DNA of 64,000 nt from an uncultured delta proteobacterium (GCA_963760795.1 CAVXEP010000020.1:64001-128000), one strand, 5' to 3'. Counted from the stretch's first letter, positions 51,648 to 61,301 are shown. Numbers and translations: made by a program. The notes: a model not told the origin generated them from the sequence alone.

Positions 51648-52053
51648 CCTCAAGATCTTCTTCCTACTCGGATTGATCGGTGCTTTCCTACCGTGGCCGG
51701 CCTTTGCCGGCCACGGAGTCGAGGACACCGTCGACAATCTTACTGCTGACCGGGTGAAGCAGCTGCTCGATGCCGGTGAAAAGCTGACATTCATCGACAT
51801 GCGCCCGGCCAAGGAGTATCAGCAGACTCGCTTGCCGGGCGCCAAGTCACTGCCCATCGCCGAAGTCGCTAATCGATTCAGCGAGATTCCCAAAACCGGC
51901 CGGGTGGTTCTTTACTGCGACTGCAAGCCTTACGACGTCGCCGACCGCGCCGTCTTCTTGGAGTATCGCGGATTTCGTAACATATTCATCATGCCTGAAG
52001 GCTACGCCGGCTGGGTTAAACGGGGCTATCCACTAGAGAAGACACCGCGCTAA
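51625..52053 (+). CDS. Secreted rhodanese-like domain protein
   Basis: FIDMRP..EY...RLPGA, VVLYCDC, EGYAGW; hydrophobic leader ending AFA. Start uncertain. Confidence 0.85.
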   Translation: MTSGRRIDLKIFFLLGLIGAFLPWPAFAGHGVEDTVDNLTADRVKQLLDAGEKLTFIDMRPAKEYQQTRLPGAKSLPIAEVANRFSEIPKTGRVVLYCDCKPYDVADRAVFLEYRGFRNIFIMPEGYAGWVKRGYPLEKTPR

Positions 52054-52412
52054 TGATCAGGCCGGGGCTCGCCGTACTGCTGATATCGCTGTTGTTGCCA
52101 TCATCGCTATGGGCTCACGCCTATCTGGTCAAGTCGGCGCCTGCCCAGCGTGCCACGCTCTATCGCGCGCCAGCGAAAATCCAACTATGGTTCAACGAGC
52201 GCTTGGAACCGCGCTACTCGTCGTTCACCGTCAGCTCAGCCGACGGCAATTCGATTGAGACCATCAAAAGCGCCGTCGACGACCATGACGCCAAGCAAAT
52301 CTTCGCCGTGCTGAACCCGCTGCCGCCCGGCCGTTACCTGGTCAAATTCAGGGTCCTATCGGTCGACGGCCACGTCGTCGAAGATCAGTTTCCCTTCACC
52401 ATAAAGCGATGA
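52053..52412 (+). CDS. copC: Periplasmic copper-binding protein CopC
   Basis: Signal peptide then HAYLVKSAPA (N-terminal His), LWFNE, VLSVDGHV. Confidence 0.93.
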   Translation: MIRPGLAVLLISLLLPSSLWAHAYLVKSAPAQRATLYRAPAKIQLWFNERLEPRYSSFTVSSADGNSIETIKSAVDDHDAKQIFAVLNPLPPGRYLVKFRVLSVDGHVVEDQFPFTIKR

Positions 52413-54428
52413 GCGAACTCGCCGCGCTGGTTCGTTTCGTTCATTTGACAGCGGCGATCGTTCTCGCCGGCGGTTTCGGCTTTTGGCTGTTTGTCGCGCG
52501 GCCAACGTTTGCCAGCGCCAAGGATGCGTCGGCGGCGCTGGAACATTTTATCCAGCGTTCGCAGCTACGGAATTTTCGTTGGTGCGTTGCCGTCCTCAGC
52601 GTAACCATGCTGCTTGGCCTATGGCTGCAAGCCGCCAATGTGAGCGGCTCATCGCGCCCTACTCTCGGCGCGCTATTCCCCCTCGTGACGGAAACCCAAT
52701 TCGGCAGAGTATGGTTAACGCGCATGGCGCTGCTGATCGTCATCGCCGTCCTGGTCAAACGAAAACCAACGGCAAATGAACCGCCAAACCTACTAGCGCT
52801 CGGTTTCACACTCAGTGGCTGTCTATTGGCTGGGTTGGCCCTCGCTGGTCATGCCGCAGCCGCCGATGGTGCTGAGTTTGCGTTGCAGGTGTCCGCCGAC
52901 GCTGTGCATCTGCTCGCCGGCGGCGTCTGGCTAGGCGGTCTCGTGCCATTGGCTTTGCTGCTGCGCCAATGTAATCGAAACGATGATGCGGCGAACCTTG
53001 CGGCGGCCAGAGAGGCTACCCGGCGCTTTTCGAGCCTGGCCTTGGCGAGCGTAATCGTTCTCATCTGCACCGGCCTCTACAACACGTGGAATTTAGTCGG
53101 CGGTTTCGCGCCGCTGTTTGGCACAGCCTACGGTAAGCTCTTGCTGGTCAAGCTCGGACTGCTTCTGCCGCTGCTCGCCATCGGCGCGGTAAACTTATTG
53201 CGGCTCAAACCGACAATCGTCGCGTCGAGCGACCGCGCAGGAGCAACCACCGGCGCGCTACGAAGCCTGAGCCGCAACGTCATCATCGAAGTTTTGCTCG
53301 GCCTTGCCATTTTGCTGATCGTCGGCCACATGGGCGTCACGCCGCCGGCGCGCCATGTTCCACCCGATTGGCCCTTGTCATTTCGCTGGGATTGGACGGT
53401 TCTTGAAAAAGCGCCGAGGGCGTTTGCCGAAGTTCAACGCGGCGCGATCTGGTTCACGATTGGTGCCATTGCGCTCATCGGCGGGATTTTCCAGAGACGA
53501 AAACGGCTTATTGCAACAATGATTGGCATTGGCGCGATGGCTTACGCGATCAATCTCGTGCACCAGGCGGTGCTGATCGATGCTTACCCTGACACCTACA
53601 AACGGCCGGCCGTAGCCTACCAAGCGATTTCCGTAGCCAACGGCGCAGCGCTCTATCAAGATAGCGGTTGCGCCGCTTGCCACGGCGACGGCGGTCACGG
53701 CGACGGCCCGGTGGCAGCCGAACTCAACCCTCCGCCACCCGATCTTACCGGCCGCCACGCCAACGCCCACACCGCCGGCGATCTGTACTGGTGGTTGAGC
53801 TACGGCGTCAAACCGGCTTCGGCGATGCCGGGGTTCAGCCAAAGCTTGAGCGATGAAGAGCGCTGGGATTTGATCAATTATTTGCGCGCGCTTGCCAGCG
53901 GCGAGCGCGCCCGCAATCTTGGCTCCGATAATCGACGACAACGCCTGGTTGGTCGCGCCGGATTTCAATTACGGCACATCCACGGGAGAATCGCGAACGC
54001 TCAAAGACCATCGCGGCGACAAGATCGTCCTGCTCGTCCTGCTCAATTTAGCAGCCACTGAAAAACGCTTGCAACAACTCGCCATCAGCTTGCCTCAACT
54101 CAGGGCCGCTGGCGTCGAAGTGATCGTCGTCCCAAACCTGATCGATTACCTTTACGTCGCCAATAAACTCCCCGGCCTGATTGTCAACGAAGGAATCAGA
54201 GAAATCACCGAAACCTATAAACTGTTCGCTCGCTCGTTTAGTGATGAAAACCTGATCACAACCACACCTCATGTCGAATTTCTAATCGACAAACAAGGCT
54301 ACATCCGCGCCCGCTGGTTGCCCGCCGAGAGCGAAGCTTGGAGCAAAATCGCAGGTCTTCTGTCGCAAGTAGAATTACTCAGGAATGAAAAGCCGCGCGC
54401 TGCCGCGCCGGACGATCATGTGCACTAA
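52409..54428 (+). CDS. copD: CopD copper uptake membrane protein fused to cytochrome c and a thioredoxin-fold domain, one frameshift near 53920
   Basis: TQFGRVW, AGHAAA, HLLAGGVWLGGL, RRFS, YGKLLLVK (CopD); CAACH haem motif with AMPGF; then APDF...LKDHRG.KIVLL...EFLIDKQGYIRARW, ending DDHVH. Confidence 0.85.
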
Positions 54429-54510
54429 TCACCCAAGCCGTGAGAAAACTACGTTCCTTTGATAATGTTTGATCAGATTACCGGCAATTCGAACATATGC
54501 GCGCGGAGGT

Positions 54511-55020
54511 CTACAAGAACACGCTGATATTTTTCGCGTCCAGCACCGCTTGATCGAGGATGATCGTGCGCCGGGCGATTTTGAAGGTCGCCGCCGCGCG
54601 CCGCAGGATATCCTGGCGCGTGCCGACGAAGATATCTTTGTCGCTTTCCTGGCGCGTGCGGTAGACAAGGAAATTCGAATGGGCTTCGATTTGCTCGCCG
54701 TCGTCTTTCTTAATACGGATGTTGGTAATCAGGTGGCGCGTGCGCGACGGCGGCACTTCCGCCCAGGCGATTTTGGAATAGGCGCGCTCGACGCGGATCT
54801 TCAAACTCTGCCAATCGTCGTTGAAATAATAGGCGTCGCCGGGCTGGGAAAGCTCGTCGCTGACACTTTCAGGCCGCTCCAGCGTGTTGTGCCGTAGCGG
54901 CATCCAGTAACGAATGTCTTCGGTCAGCAGCTCGAACCACTCGCGCAGCTTGCGCTCGTCGAGCAGCTCGGCTTCGAGGTAATAAAAATCCTCGACTTGG
55001 TGGCGCAGCTGGCTATCCAT
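54511..55020 (-). CDS. Aromatic ring-hydroxylating dioxygenase beta subunit
   Basis: FYYLEAELLD, IRYWMP, WAEVPPSRTRHLITN, KNISVFL. Confidence 0.92.
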   Translation of the reverse strand: MDSQLRHQVEDFYYLEAELLDERKLREWFELLTEDIRYWMPLRHNTLERPESVSDELSQPGDAYYFNDDWQSLKIRVERAYSKIAWAEVPPSRTRHLITNIRIKKDDGEQIEAHSNFLVYRTRQESDKDIFVGTRQDILRRAAATFKIARRTIILDQAVLDAKNISVFL

Positions 55021-56296
55021 TGGACTCGCTCGCAACCTCGCGCCAATTTTTCGCTTGCAACAGCTTGGCCCAATGCATGTACAGGCTCAGCTGATTGTTG
55101 TCGCTGAAGCGGCTTTTCACGCGTCCCGGCAGATCGATTTCCACCGGCGGCTCGTTGCCGCGCATCTGATAGTTGGCCGGAAAACGCTGGCCGATCAGGC
55201 TGCGCGCCGCGCCGGTGACTTGAATCCAGTTGTCCATGTCATCCTGCTCAAAGACTCCCGACGGACTGAAACGGTACTGCGCCACGAAGCGCATGACATC
55301 CTTGATCTTCGGCGAAGCCGCTTTGTCGACGATCGCCCAGCTCCAGATCTCCATCTTGTCCGGCCCGCGCGGCTGCCAGACGCGTATCGTCCGCGTCAGC
55401 CAGTGCACCGAGAGATTGGGGAAAACCGTTCCCGCCGACGGGGAAATCTGCCGCGCCCGCTTGGTTCCTAAACGGCTTTCAATTTCAACTTCGTGCTCTT
55501 TCATGTAGTCGGCGAGCTGATCATCCGGCTGAGCAAACCACGGCCCGCTGTCCGGCGGCGTCAGCCAGGAGACTAGAATATGGCCGTTGTCGCAGGCGAT
55601 CTGACAGCCTTTGTTCCATTGGCGGGTTTTGCTGGTGGTCGTGTCGATGCCCAACTCGCGAGCCGAGCCATGAGTCGAGGCGATGTGGTAACCGTCGCCA
55701 CCGAAATTTTCCGCGGCGGTCTTCCAGTTGGCGTCGACTACCCAGCGCTGCGGACCGCTTACCTCCGTGCCGCCCTCGCGGCGGTCGAGGAGAATGTCCA
55801 AATACCAGGCCATGTCACCGAGATAATCGCATAGCGACGGCGCTTCGGGATCGAAGGTCGCGAAGATCAGTCCCTTGTAACTGTCGACCTGCGCCACCGA
55901 AACCAAGCCCCACTGCGAGCGATCGAGATTGCCGAAAGTGTCGACCATCGGCACCAGCGCGAGTTTGCCATCGGTGGTGTATGACCAGCCATGATACGAG
56001 CATTGAAATAATTTGGTATTGCCGCGGTCGGCGCGGCACACCCGATTGCCGCGATGGCGGCACATGTTTAAATGCGCGCGCAGTTGGCCGTTTAAGTCGC
56101 GCGCTAAAATCACCGGGTCTTCGCCCATGTAGCGGGTGACGAAATCGCCGGGGTTGGGTATCTCACACTCGTGGCCGAGGTAAAGCCAGCAGCGCGCAAA
56201 GATCCGCTCGCGTTCCAAATCGTAGATCTCCCGGTCGGCGAAGATCCGCCGATCGATGAGACCGCCTTCCGGGTCGACGAGTGATTTGATGTCCAT
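55013..56296 (-). CDS. Rieske aromatic ring-hydroxylating dioxygenase alpha subunit (phenylpropionate/biphenyl-like group)
   Basis: CRHRG...CSYHGW Rieske motif; NWK..AENF.GDGYH...TH mononuclear Fe site; FEQDD. Confidence 0.93.
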   Translation of the reverse strand: MDIKSLVDPEGGLIDRRIFADREIYDLERERIFARCWLYLGHECEIPNPGDFVTRYMGEDPVILARDLNGQLRAHLNMCRHRGNRVCRADRGNTKLFQCSYHGWSYTTDGKLALVPMVDTFGNLDRSQWGLVSVAQVDSYKGLIFATFDPEAPSLCDYLGDMAWYLDILLDRREGGTEVSGPQRWVVDANWKTAAENFGGDGYHIASTHGSARELGIDTTTSKTRQWNKGCQIACDNGHILVSWLTPPDSGPWFAQPDDQLADYMKEHEVEIESRLGTKRARQISPSAGTVFPNLSVHWLTRTIRVWQPRGPDKMEIWSWAIVDKAASPKIKDVMRFVAQYRFSPSGVFEQDDMDNWIQVTGAARSLIGQRFPANYQMRGNEPPVEIDLPGRVKSRFSDNNQLSLYMHWAKLLQAKNWREVASESNG

Positions 56297-56569
56297 GCCA
56301 ACACCTCGCTTAGGTCGAGAGCGCCTGTTCGGTCATAATAACTCTGGCGCCATTGTGTCAAGCTAACGCCGATTAGCCAAGCGACTGCGATAAAAATCAC
56401 TTTGCCGTGCGAACAGCGCTGGTGCTATAAGCGGACAATAAGATTGGCCGCAATGAACGCATAGAACACAAAATAGATATCGGGAGAAATCCGATGTAGG
56501 GGCGCGCTTGCACTGCAACAACACTCATTCGCGCCAGCACTAAAGATCGGCAAATAAAGGAGCACTGCC

Positions 56570-58102
56570 ATGGCTACCAAAGAAACCAACCTAAGTCGCC
56601 GGCGTTTTCTGCAACACAGTACCACGCTCAGCCTCGGGGCTCTGATCGGGCCAGCCCTTGGAGGGAATGCGCTCGCGGCGTCCAGAGAGCGGGTCGTCAT
56701 CTATCAAGGCGTCAGCCTCGACTCGCTCCATCCCTACGGCTACAGCGGCGGCGGCATCAACGGCATCTGGCTCCATCTGATCGAGCCGCTGATCGTCATG
56801 GACTACACCCGGCAAAAATATGTCGGCGTGCTCGCCGACTCGTGGGAGTTCCAAGGACGACGCTGGATATTCCAGCTCAGAAAAAACATCCGCTTTCACA
56901 ACGGCGCGCCGTTCACATCGAAAGACGTGGCCTATTCGATCGAGCGCATGAAAACCGACAAGCGCAGCCTTCAGGGCGGCGACATCTTGGAGCTAGAAGT
57001 TGAAACGCCCGACGATTTCACCGTGGTTTTCAACACCAAGCAGCCACTCTCGCTGCTGCTCGACCGCCTGGACACGCGCTACATCATCAGCAAAGCCGCT
57101 GCGGAAAAATACGGCGACCAAGCCGACAACTACGCCATCGGCACCGGCCCCTATAAATTTGTCAGCTGGCAGCGCGGCGGCAACCTGGTCTTGACGCGCA
57201 ACGACGACTATTGGGGCGCCAAGGCGGAGATCAAGGAAGTCATCTTGAGAGGCGTAAAAGAAGAGGCAGCGCGGGTCGCCGGCCTGCTGTCAGGCCAGGC
57301 CGACGTGGTCAGCAACCTGCCCATCGAAGAAATCGATCGAGTAGCGAAACATCCGCGCGTCCGGGTCGAGAAGATTCCCGGCTTTCGCATGTATTTCGTC
57401 GCCATGAACTTCGCCCATAAACCTTTCGACAACAAGTTGGTGCGCCAAGCGATCAACCACGCCATCGATCCGGCGCCGATGATGAAACATGTCTTTTCCG
57501 GCAACGGCCAGGTGCTCAACGGCCCGCTGGCGGCGAACATGACCGGCTTCGACCCGGCGATGAAACGCTATGCCCACGATCCCAAGAAAGCCCGCGAGCT
57601 GCTCGCCCAGGCCGGCTATCCAAACGGCTTCGAAATCAAGCTGCATTTCTCGCCCGACCGTCATCTCAAGGGCCGAGAAGTCTGTGAAGTGATCGGCGAT
57701 CAGTTGGCAAAAGTCGGCATCAAAATCGAATTGGTCGGCCAGGAGTACGCCGTCTACTGGGGCAGGGATGGCGTCAACGGCGGCAAGCTGCCCTTCTACT
57801 ACGCCGGCCGCACCGCCTCCGACGCCGACACTTTCTACGATCAATACTTTCACACCGGCATCACCAAGCGCATCGGCTACAGCAACCCGGAGGCCGACAA
57901 ACTCATCGAAGAGCAACAGCGCACCGCCGATCAGAAAAAACGCGTGACGATCTTGCAGCAAGCTGGCCGCCTGATCATGGAAGACGCGCCCTTCGTGCCC
58001 CTCTACACCCTATCGGAAATTTACGGCGTGGCGAAAAATGTCATCTGGAAAGGCACACCCGACAACCGTATCCTCGCTGCGGAGATGAAGATCAGAGGGT
58101 GA
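56570..58102 (+). CDS. Tat-exported ABC substrate-binding protein, family 5 (peptide/nickel)
   Basis: SRRRFLQ Tat motif; LRKNIRFHNG, IGTGPYKF, PFDNKLVRQAINHAID. Confidence 0.92.
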   Translation: MATKETNLSRRRFLQHSTTLSLGALIGPALGGNALAASRERVVIYQGVSLDSLHPYGYSGGGINGIWLHLIEPLIVMDYTRQKYVGVLADSWEFQGRRWIFQLRKNIRFHNGAPFTSKDVAYSIERMKTDKRSLQGGDILELEVETPDDFTVVFNTKQPLSLLLDRLDTRYIISKAAAEKYGDQADNYAIGTGPYKFVSWQRGGNLVLTRNDDYWGAKAEIKEVILRGVKEEAARVAGLLSGQADVVSNLPIEEIDRVAKHPRVRVEKIPGFRMYFVAMNFAHKPFDNKLVRQAINHAIDPAPMMKHVFSGNGQVLNGPLAANMTGFDPAMKRYAHDPKKARELLAQAGYPNGFEIKLHFSPDRHLKGREVCEVIGDQLAKVGIKIELVGQEYAVYWGRDGVNGGKLPFYYAGRTASDADTFYDQYFHTGITKRIGYSNPEADKLIEEQQRTADQKKRVTILQQAGRLIMEDAPFVPLYTLSEIYGVAKNVIWKGTPDNRILAAEMKIRG

Positions 58103-58119
58103 GGGTGAATCGGGGATAG

Positions 58120-58192
58120 TGGAGTGATGGAGTTCTGGAGTACTGGAGGGAGGAACCGTCTGACCCATCACTCCAACACTCCATTACTCCAA
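58120..58192. repeat. 8-bp periodic (tggagtNN)n repeat with an inverted copy (NNactcca)n
   Basis: tggagtga tggagttc tggagtac tggag ... catcactccaacactccattactccaa between convergent genes. Confidence 0.8.
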
Positions 58193-59680
58193 CCTAAGCA
58201 TTTGTCCCAACGCGAGGCCGAACGGCGCGGCGTGAACGCCGTACTGGCTAAAGTCATTGGCGAATGCGCACAGCGCCCAGTGCGCCGCGTCGCGATACTT
58301 GGCGTCCTTCGTCGCTTGAGCCAAATGAGAGAAAGAACGAAGCCGCGGTGCCGTTCTGTTCGATCAAAGTTAACCGAAGTCGGAGCGAAGCCGAATCCGG
58401 CGTGCAAATATCGTAGAAACCGCCGGCCGGGTTTTTCAGTTCTGATAAAATGAACGCCGCCAACCGTCGCGCCCGATCCACGTATGTCACCATCTCCCGT
58501 CACTTGGTAGGCGCGCAACAACGCGCTGCCCATCTGCGCTTGATCCTGCAGCAGCCCTGGCACATGCGCCGCGCCGTCGAAGTAGTGAAACATCCCGCCG
58601 CCATCGCTGCGGCAGTTCTGCCAGAGAAACTCCAGCGCGGCGAGCCCTCGCTCGCGGTAAGCCGGTTGGTCTAATAACACCGCAGCATCGAGATACGCCG
58701 CGCTGGCAACCCCGTTCGCGTCGGTGTAAATGCAGCGATCGATGATCGTGAAGAATTCCTCGCCATCGACGGCCGGCGGTTCATAACGCAACCAATCTTC
58801 GCAGCCGTGGAAAGTTCCGCTCGCCGGATCGAAAAGCCTGGCATCCAAGTACTCAATAATCTCCTCAGCCATGCGCCGGTATTCCGCCCGCTGAGTGATA
58901 CGAAATACAGACAAGCAATTGGCCAACAGCCCGGCCTCTTCCAACAGCAATTTTTCCCGGTGCGGATGGCTCCAGTCCGGGTTGGAAGAAGTGCGAAAGT
59001 AGGCGCCGCCTTGCTGATCGTAAAGCTCACCTGCGCGCATGCGCTCAAGAGTCAAACAAACCTGATCGAGATATTGCGTGTCGTCGGTCGCTTGATACCG
59101 CGCCAGCAAAAAATCATTAACTTGGGGATGGATAAATTTCTGCCCACGATCGTAACCGCCGTAGGAACGGTCCGCCAGCGCCATTACGCTCGCGGTGATC
59201 TCCGAAAGATTCGTTGCCAACTCCGCCTCATCCAACTGTCGCGCCGGCTCAGGCGTCGACTCTTCCGGTAGCTTGAGCCGCGGCACGAAGCTCCTCTTTG
59301 CGCTGCTGGTAGCTCATGTACACATCGATGAGCAATTCTTTGAACTGATCCGTCGGCAAATAATTTACGGCCGCGAGCAACTGCCCAGCGGGCGTCATGA
59401 AGGCGATGGTCGGCCAGCCGTTCAAGTTGTAACGCGCATCGACGTCGGGCCGCTGGGCATACTCGACCCGCAGCGGAATGAAGTAAGCATTCAAGAGTGC
59501 GATGTTTTCAGTCTCAGAAAACGCTTGCTCATCCATACGCTGGCAGAACCGGCACCAGAACGCCGACAAGTAAAGCATAACAGGTTTGTCCTCGGCGTGG
59601 GCCGCGCGGAAGGCCGCGTCGCCCCATTCATGCCAGGGGATGATATGAGCTTGGTTGGGAAGCGGTGAGAAACGGATCAC
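58184..59680 (-). CDS. Thioredoxin-domain (DUF255)/YyaL-SSP411 family protein, about three frameshifts (near 59275, 58487, 58330)
   Basis: PWHEWG..AF..A..EDKP, WCRFC..M, RPDVD.RY..GWPT; D..YGG, LYDQ.GG.YFR, PH.EK.L, LQDQA, GGFYD; manual C-terminus ...ALGQMLRLE*. Confidence 0.8.
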
Positions 59681-59780
59681 GGTTTTGAATGACCTCTGTT
59701 AATCTGCCTAGCTTTTAGCACTTTTCACCTTCGCGAAGAAAGGCCATAAACTAGTTCGTGGTTCAGTTTCGAATGTAACC

Positions 59781-59840
59781 GTAGGGGCGACCCCCTGTGG
59801 TCGCCCGTCCGAGAGGGTAGGCACAGGGGCCTACCCCTAC
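59781..59840. repeat. GTAG-family REP doublet
   Basis: GTAGGGGCGACCCCCTGTGGTCGCCC ... GGGTAGGCACAGGGGCCTACCCCTAC. Confidence 0.8.
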
Positions 59841-59881
59841 AATGACAATTCACTGAAATCACAGTGAATCACGACCACAAG

Positions 59882-59911
59882 TTGACAAGCGCAAGCGCGG
59901 GGACATAGATT
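59882..59911 (+). promoter_or_regulatory. Candidate sigma70 promoter of the grd-like operon
   Basis: TTGACA-18bp-TAGATT. Confidence 0.5.
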
Positions 59912-59959
59912 GCCTAGAATCGAAGTTTGATCTGTCAGTTGTAATCGGGAGATCGTCGC

Positions 59960-61237
59960 ATGCAGTTGACCCTTGCAGTCCATCCAATCACCGACATTCA
60001 ATTCGGCACGCGCTTGTCGCTCGACGGCAGCGCGCTTACGGTCGATGGCGAGGAATTGCGCCGCTTGGTGTTGGAAGATGCGGCCATCGATAGCGTCGCT
60101 TTCGACATCGTCCGTCCCGGCGAGAGCTGCCGCGCCGGGCCGATCTTCGATGTCGTCGAGCCGCGCGCTAAAGCCGACGGCGGCAGCGACTTTCCCGGCA
60201 TCATTGGCGCGCCGACTACCGCGGGGATGGGAACGACTCATGTACTCGCCGGCGCGGCGGTCTCGATCCTCGCCGAAATGTCCCCCGACCCGTCGCGCAG
60301 CGCCACCGGACGGGTGTTGGAGATGAGCGGCAGCGCCACCGCCGGCAGCGCATATTCAAAACTTTGTCATCTCTTGGTGGTACCGCAGACAAAATCAGGA
60401 TTGCCGCGCTCGGCGGTGTTAAAAGCCTACCGCGTCGCCAGCGTCAAAGTCGCCGTGCGTCTAGCCCGCGCCGCGCTTGCGCAGGCACCGGCGTCCACAC
60501 AGACGTTTGAGCCCATCGGCGCCGAAGACAAGAGCCGCGAAGGGTTGTCCCGGGTCGTTTATATCGGGCAGATTTTTTCGCGCCAGCGCAAACCGGCGGT
60601 GGACGAGCCGATTATTTATGGAACCAATACCGACGGCATGCTGCCGGTAATTTTACATCCCGACGAATGGCTCGATGGCGCGCTGGTGCCGTCGCTCAAC
60701 TCCTGGTTTGGCGGCACGGAGACTTATTTTTATCAAAATCACCCGGTGGTTCTCGATCTCTACCGGCGCCACCACGCGCGCGAGATAAACTTTGTCGGCA
60801 CCGTGGCCACCGTCGCCGGCAACGACAATGTCGACCGGGTAAGGCAGTGCCACGCCGCGGCGAATTTAGCCAAGTGGAACCTGCGCGCCGACGGCGCCGT
60901 GATGACCAAGTACGGCGGCGGCTTGCCCCACGCCGACCTGTCGGAGACCGCGCGCTTGTTGGAACATATGGGCATCAAAACCGCCGTCATGGTTTCCGAC
61001 GTGGCGCGCGACCGGCGCGTCGAATCGGCGCTCTTGTTCAACGTCCCTGAAGTCAACGCCATCGTCTACAACGGCGGCAACGGCACCGAATATGAAATTC
61101 CCAAAGCCGCCCGCGTCATCGCCGCCAAACCGGAACTGGCCGCGCTGCTTGCCGGACCCATGACGATAGATGCCAACAACATCATCGGCGTCACCAACCA
61201 GCAGGGCGCGTCGCGAATGAAATCGTTAGTCTATTGA
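59960..61237 (+). CDS. Glycine/sarcosine/betaine reductase component B proprotein-like (GrdE/GrdG/GrdI family)
   Basis: DIQFG, RPGES.R..PIFDVVEPR.K, FPG, THVL.GAAV, LHPDEWLDGA, YQNHP..DLY..H..EINF.G, GIKT, G.TN. Confidence 0.88.
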   Translation: MQLTLAVHPITDIQFGTRLSLDGSALTVDGEELRRLVLEDAAIDSVAFDIVRPGESCRAGPIFDVVEPRAKADGGSDFPGIIGAPTTAGMGTTHVLAGAAVSILAEMSPDPSRSATGRVLEMSGSATAGSAYSKLCHLLVVPQTKSGLPRSAVLKAYRVASVKVAVRLARAALAQAPASTQTFEPIGAEDKSREGLSRVVYIGQIFSRQRKPAVDEPIIYGTNTDGMLPVILHPDEWLDGALVPSLNSWFGGTETYFYQNHPVVLDLYRRHHAREINFVGTVATVAGNDNVDRVRQCHAAANLAKWNLRADGAVMTKYGGGLPHADLSETARLLEHMGIKTAVMVSDVARDRRVESALLFNVPEVNAIVYNGGNGTEYEIPKAARVIAAKPELAALLAGPMTIDANNIIGVTNQQGASRMKSLVY

Positions 61238-61301
61238 AGAAAACGCGAGGCATGAGTAGAAATCCGAACTCGCGCTTCATGCCTGTATGAAGGAGCTAAG
61301 T

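Noticed and set aside
54429-54510. Possible gene-tail remnants here and at 1580-1717 and 32080-32150
   Set aside because: No matching parent gene found in the window.
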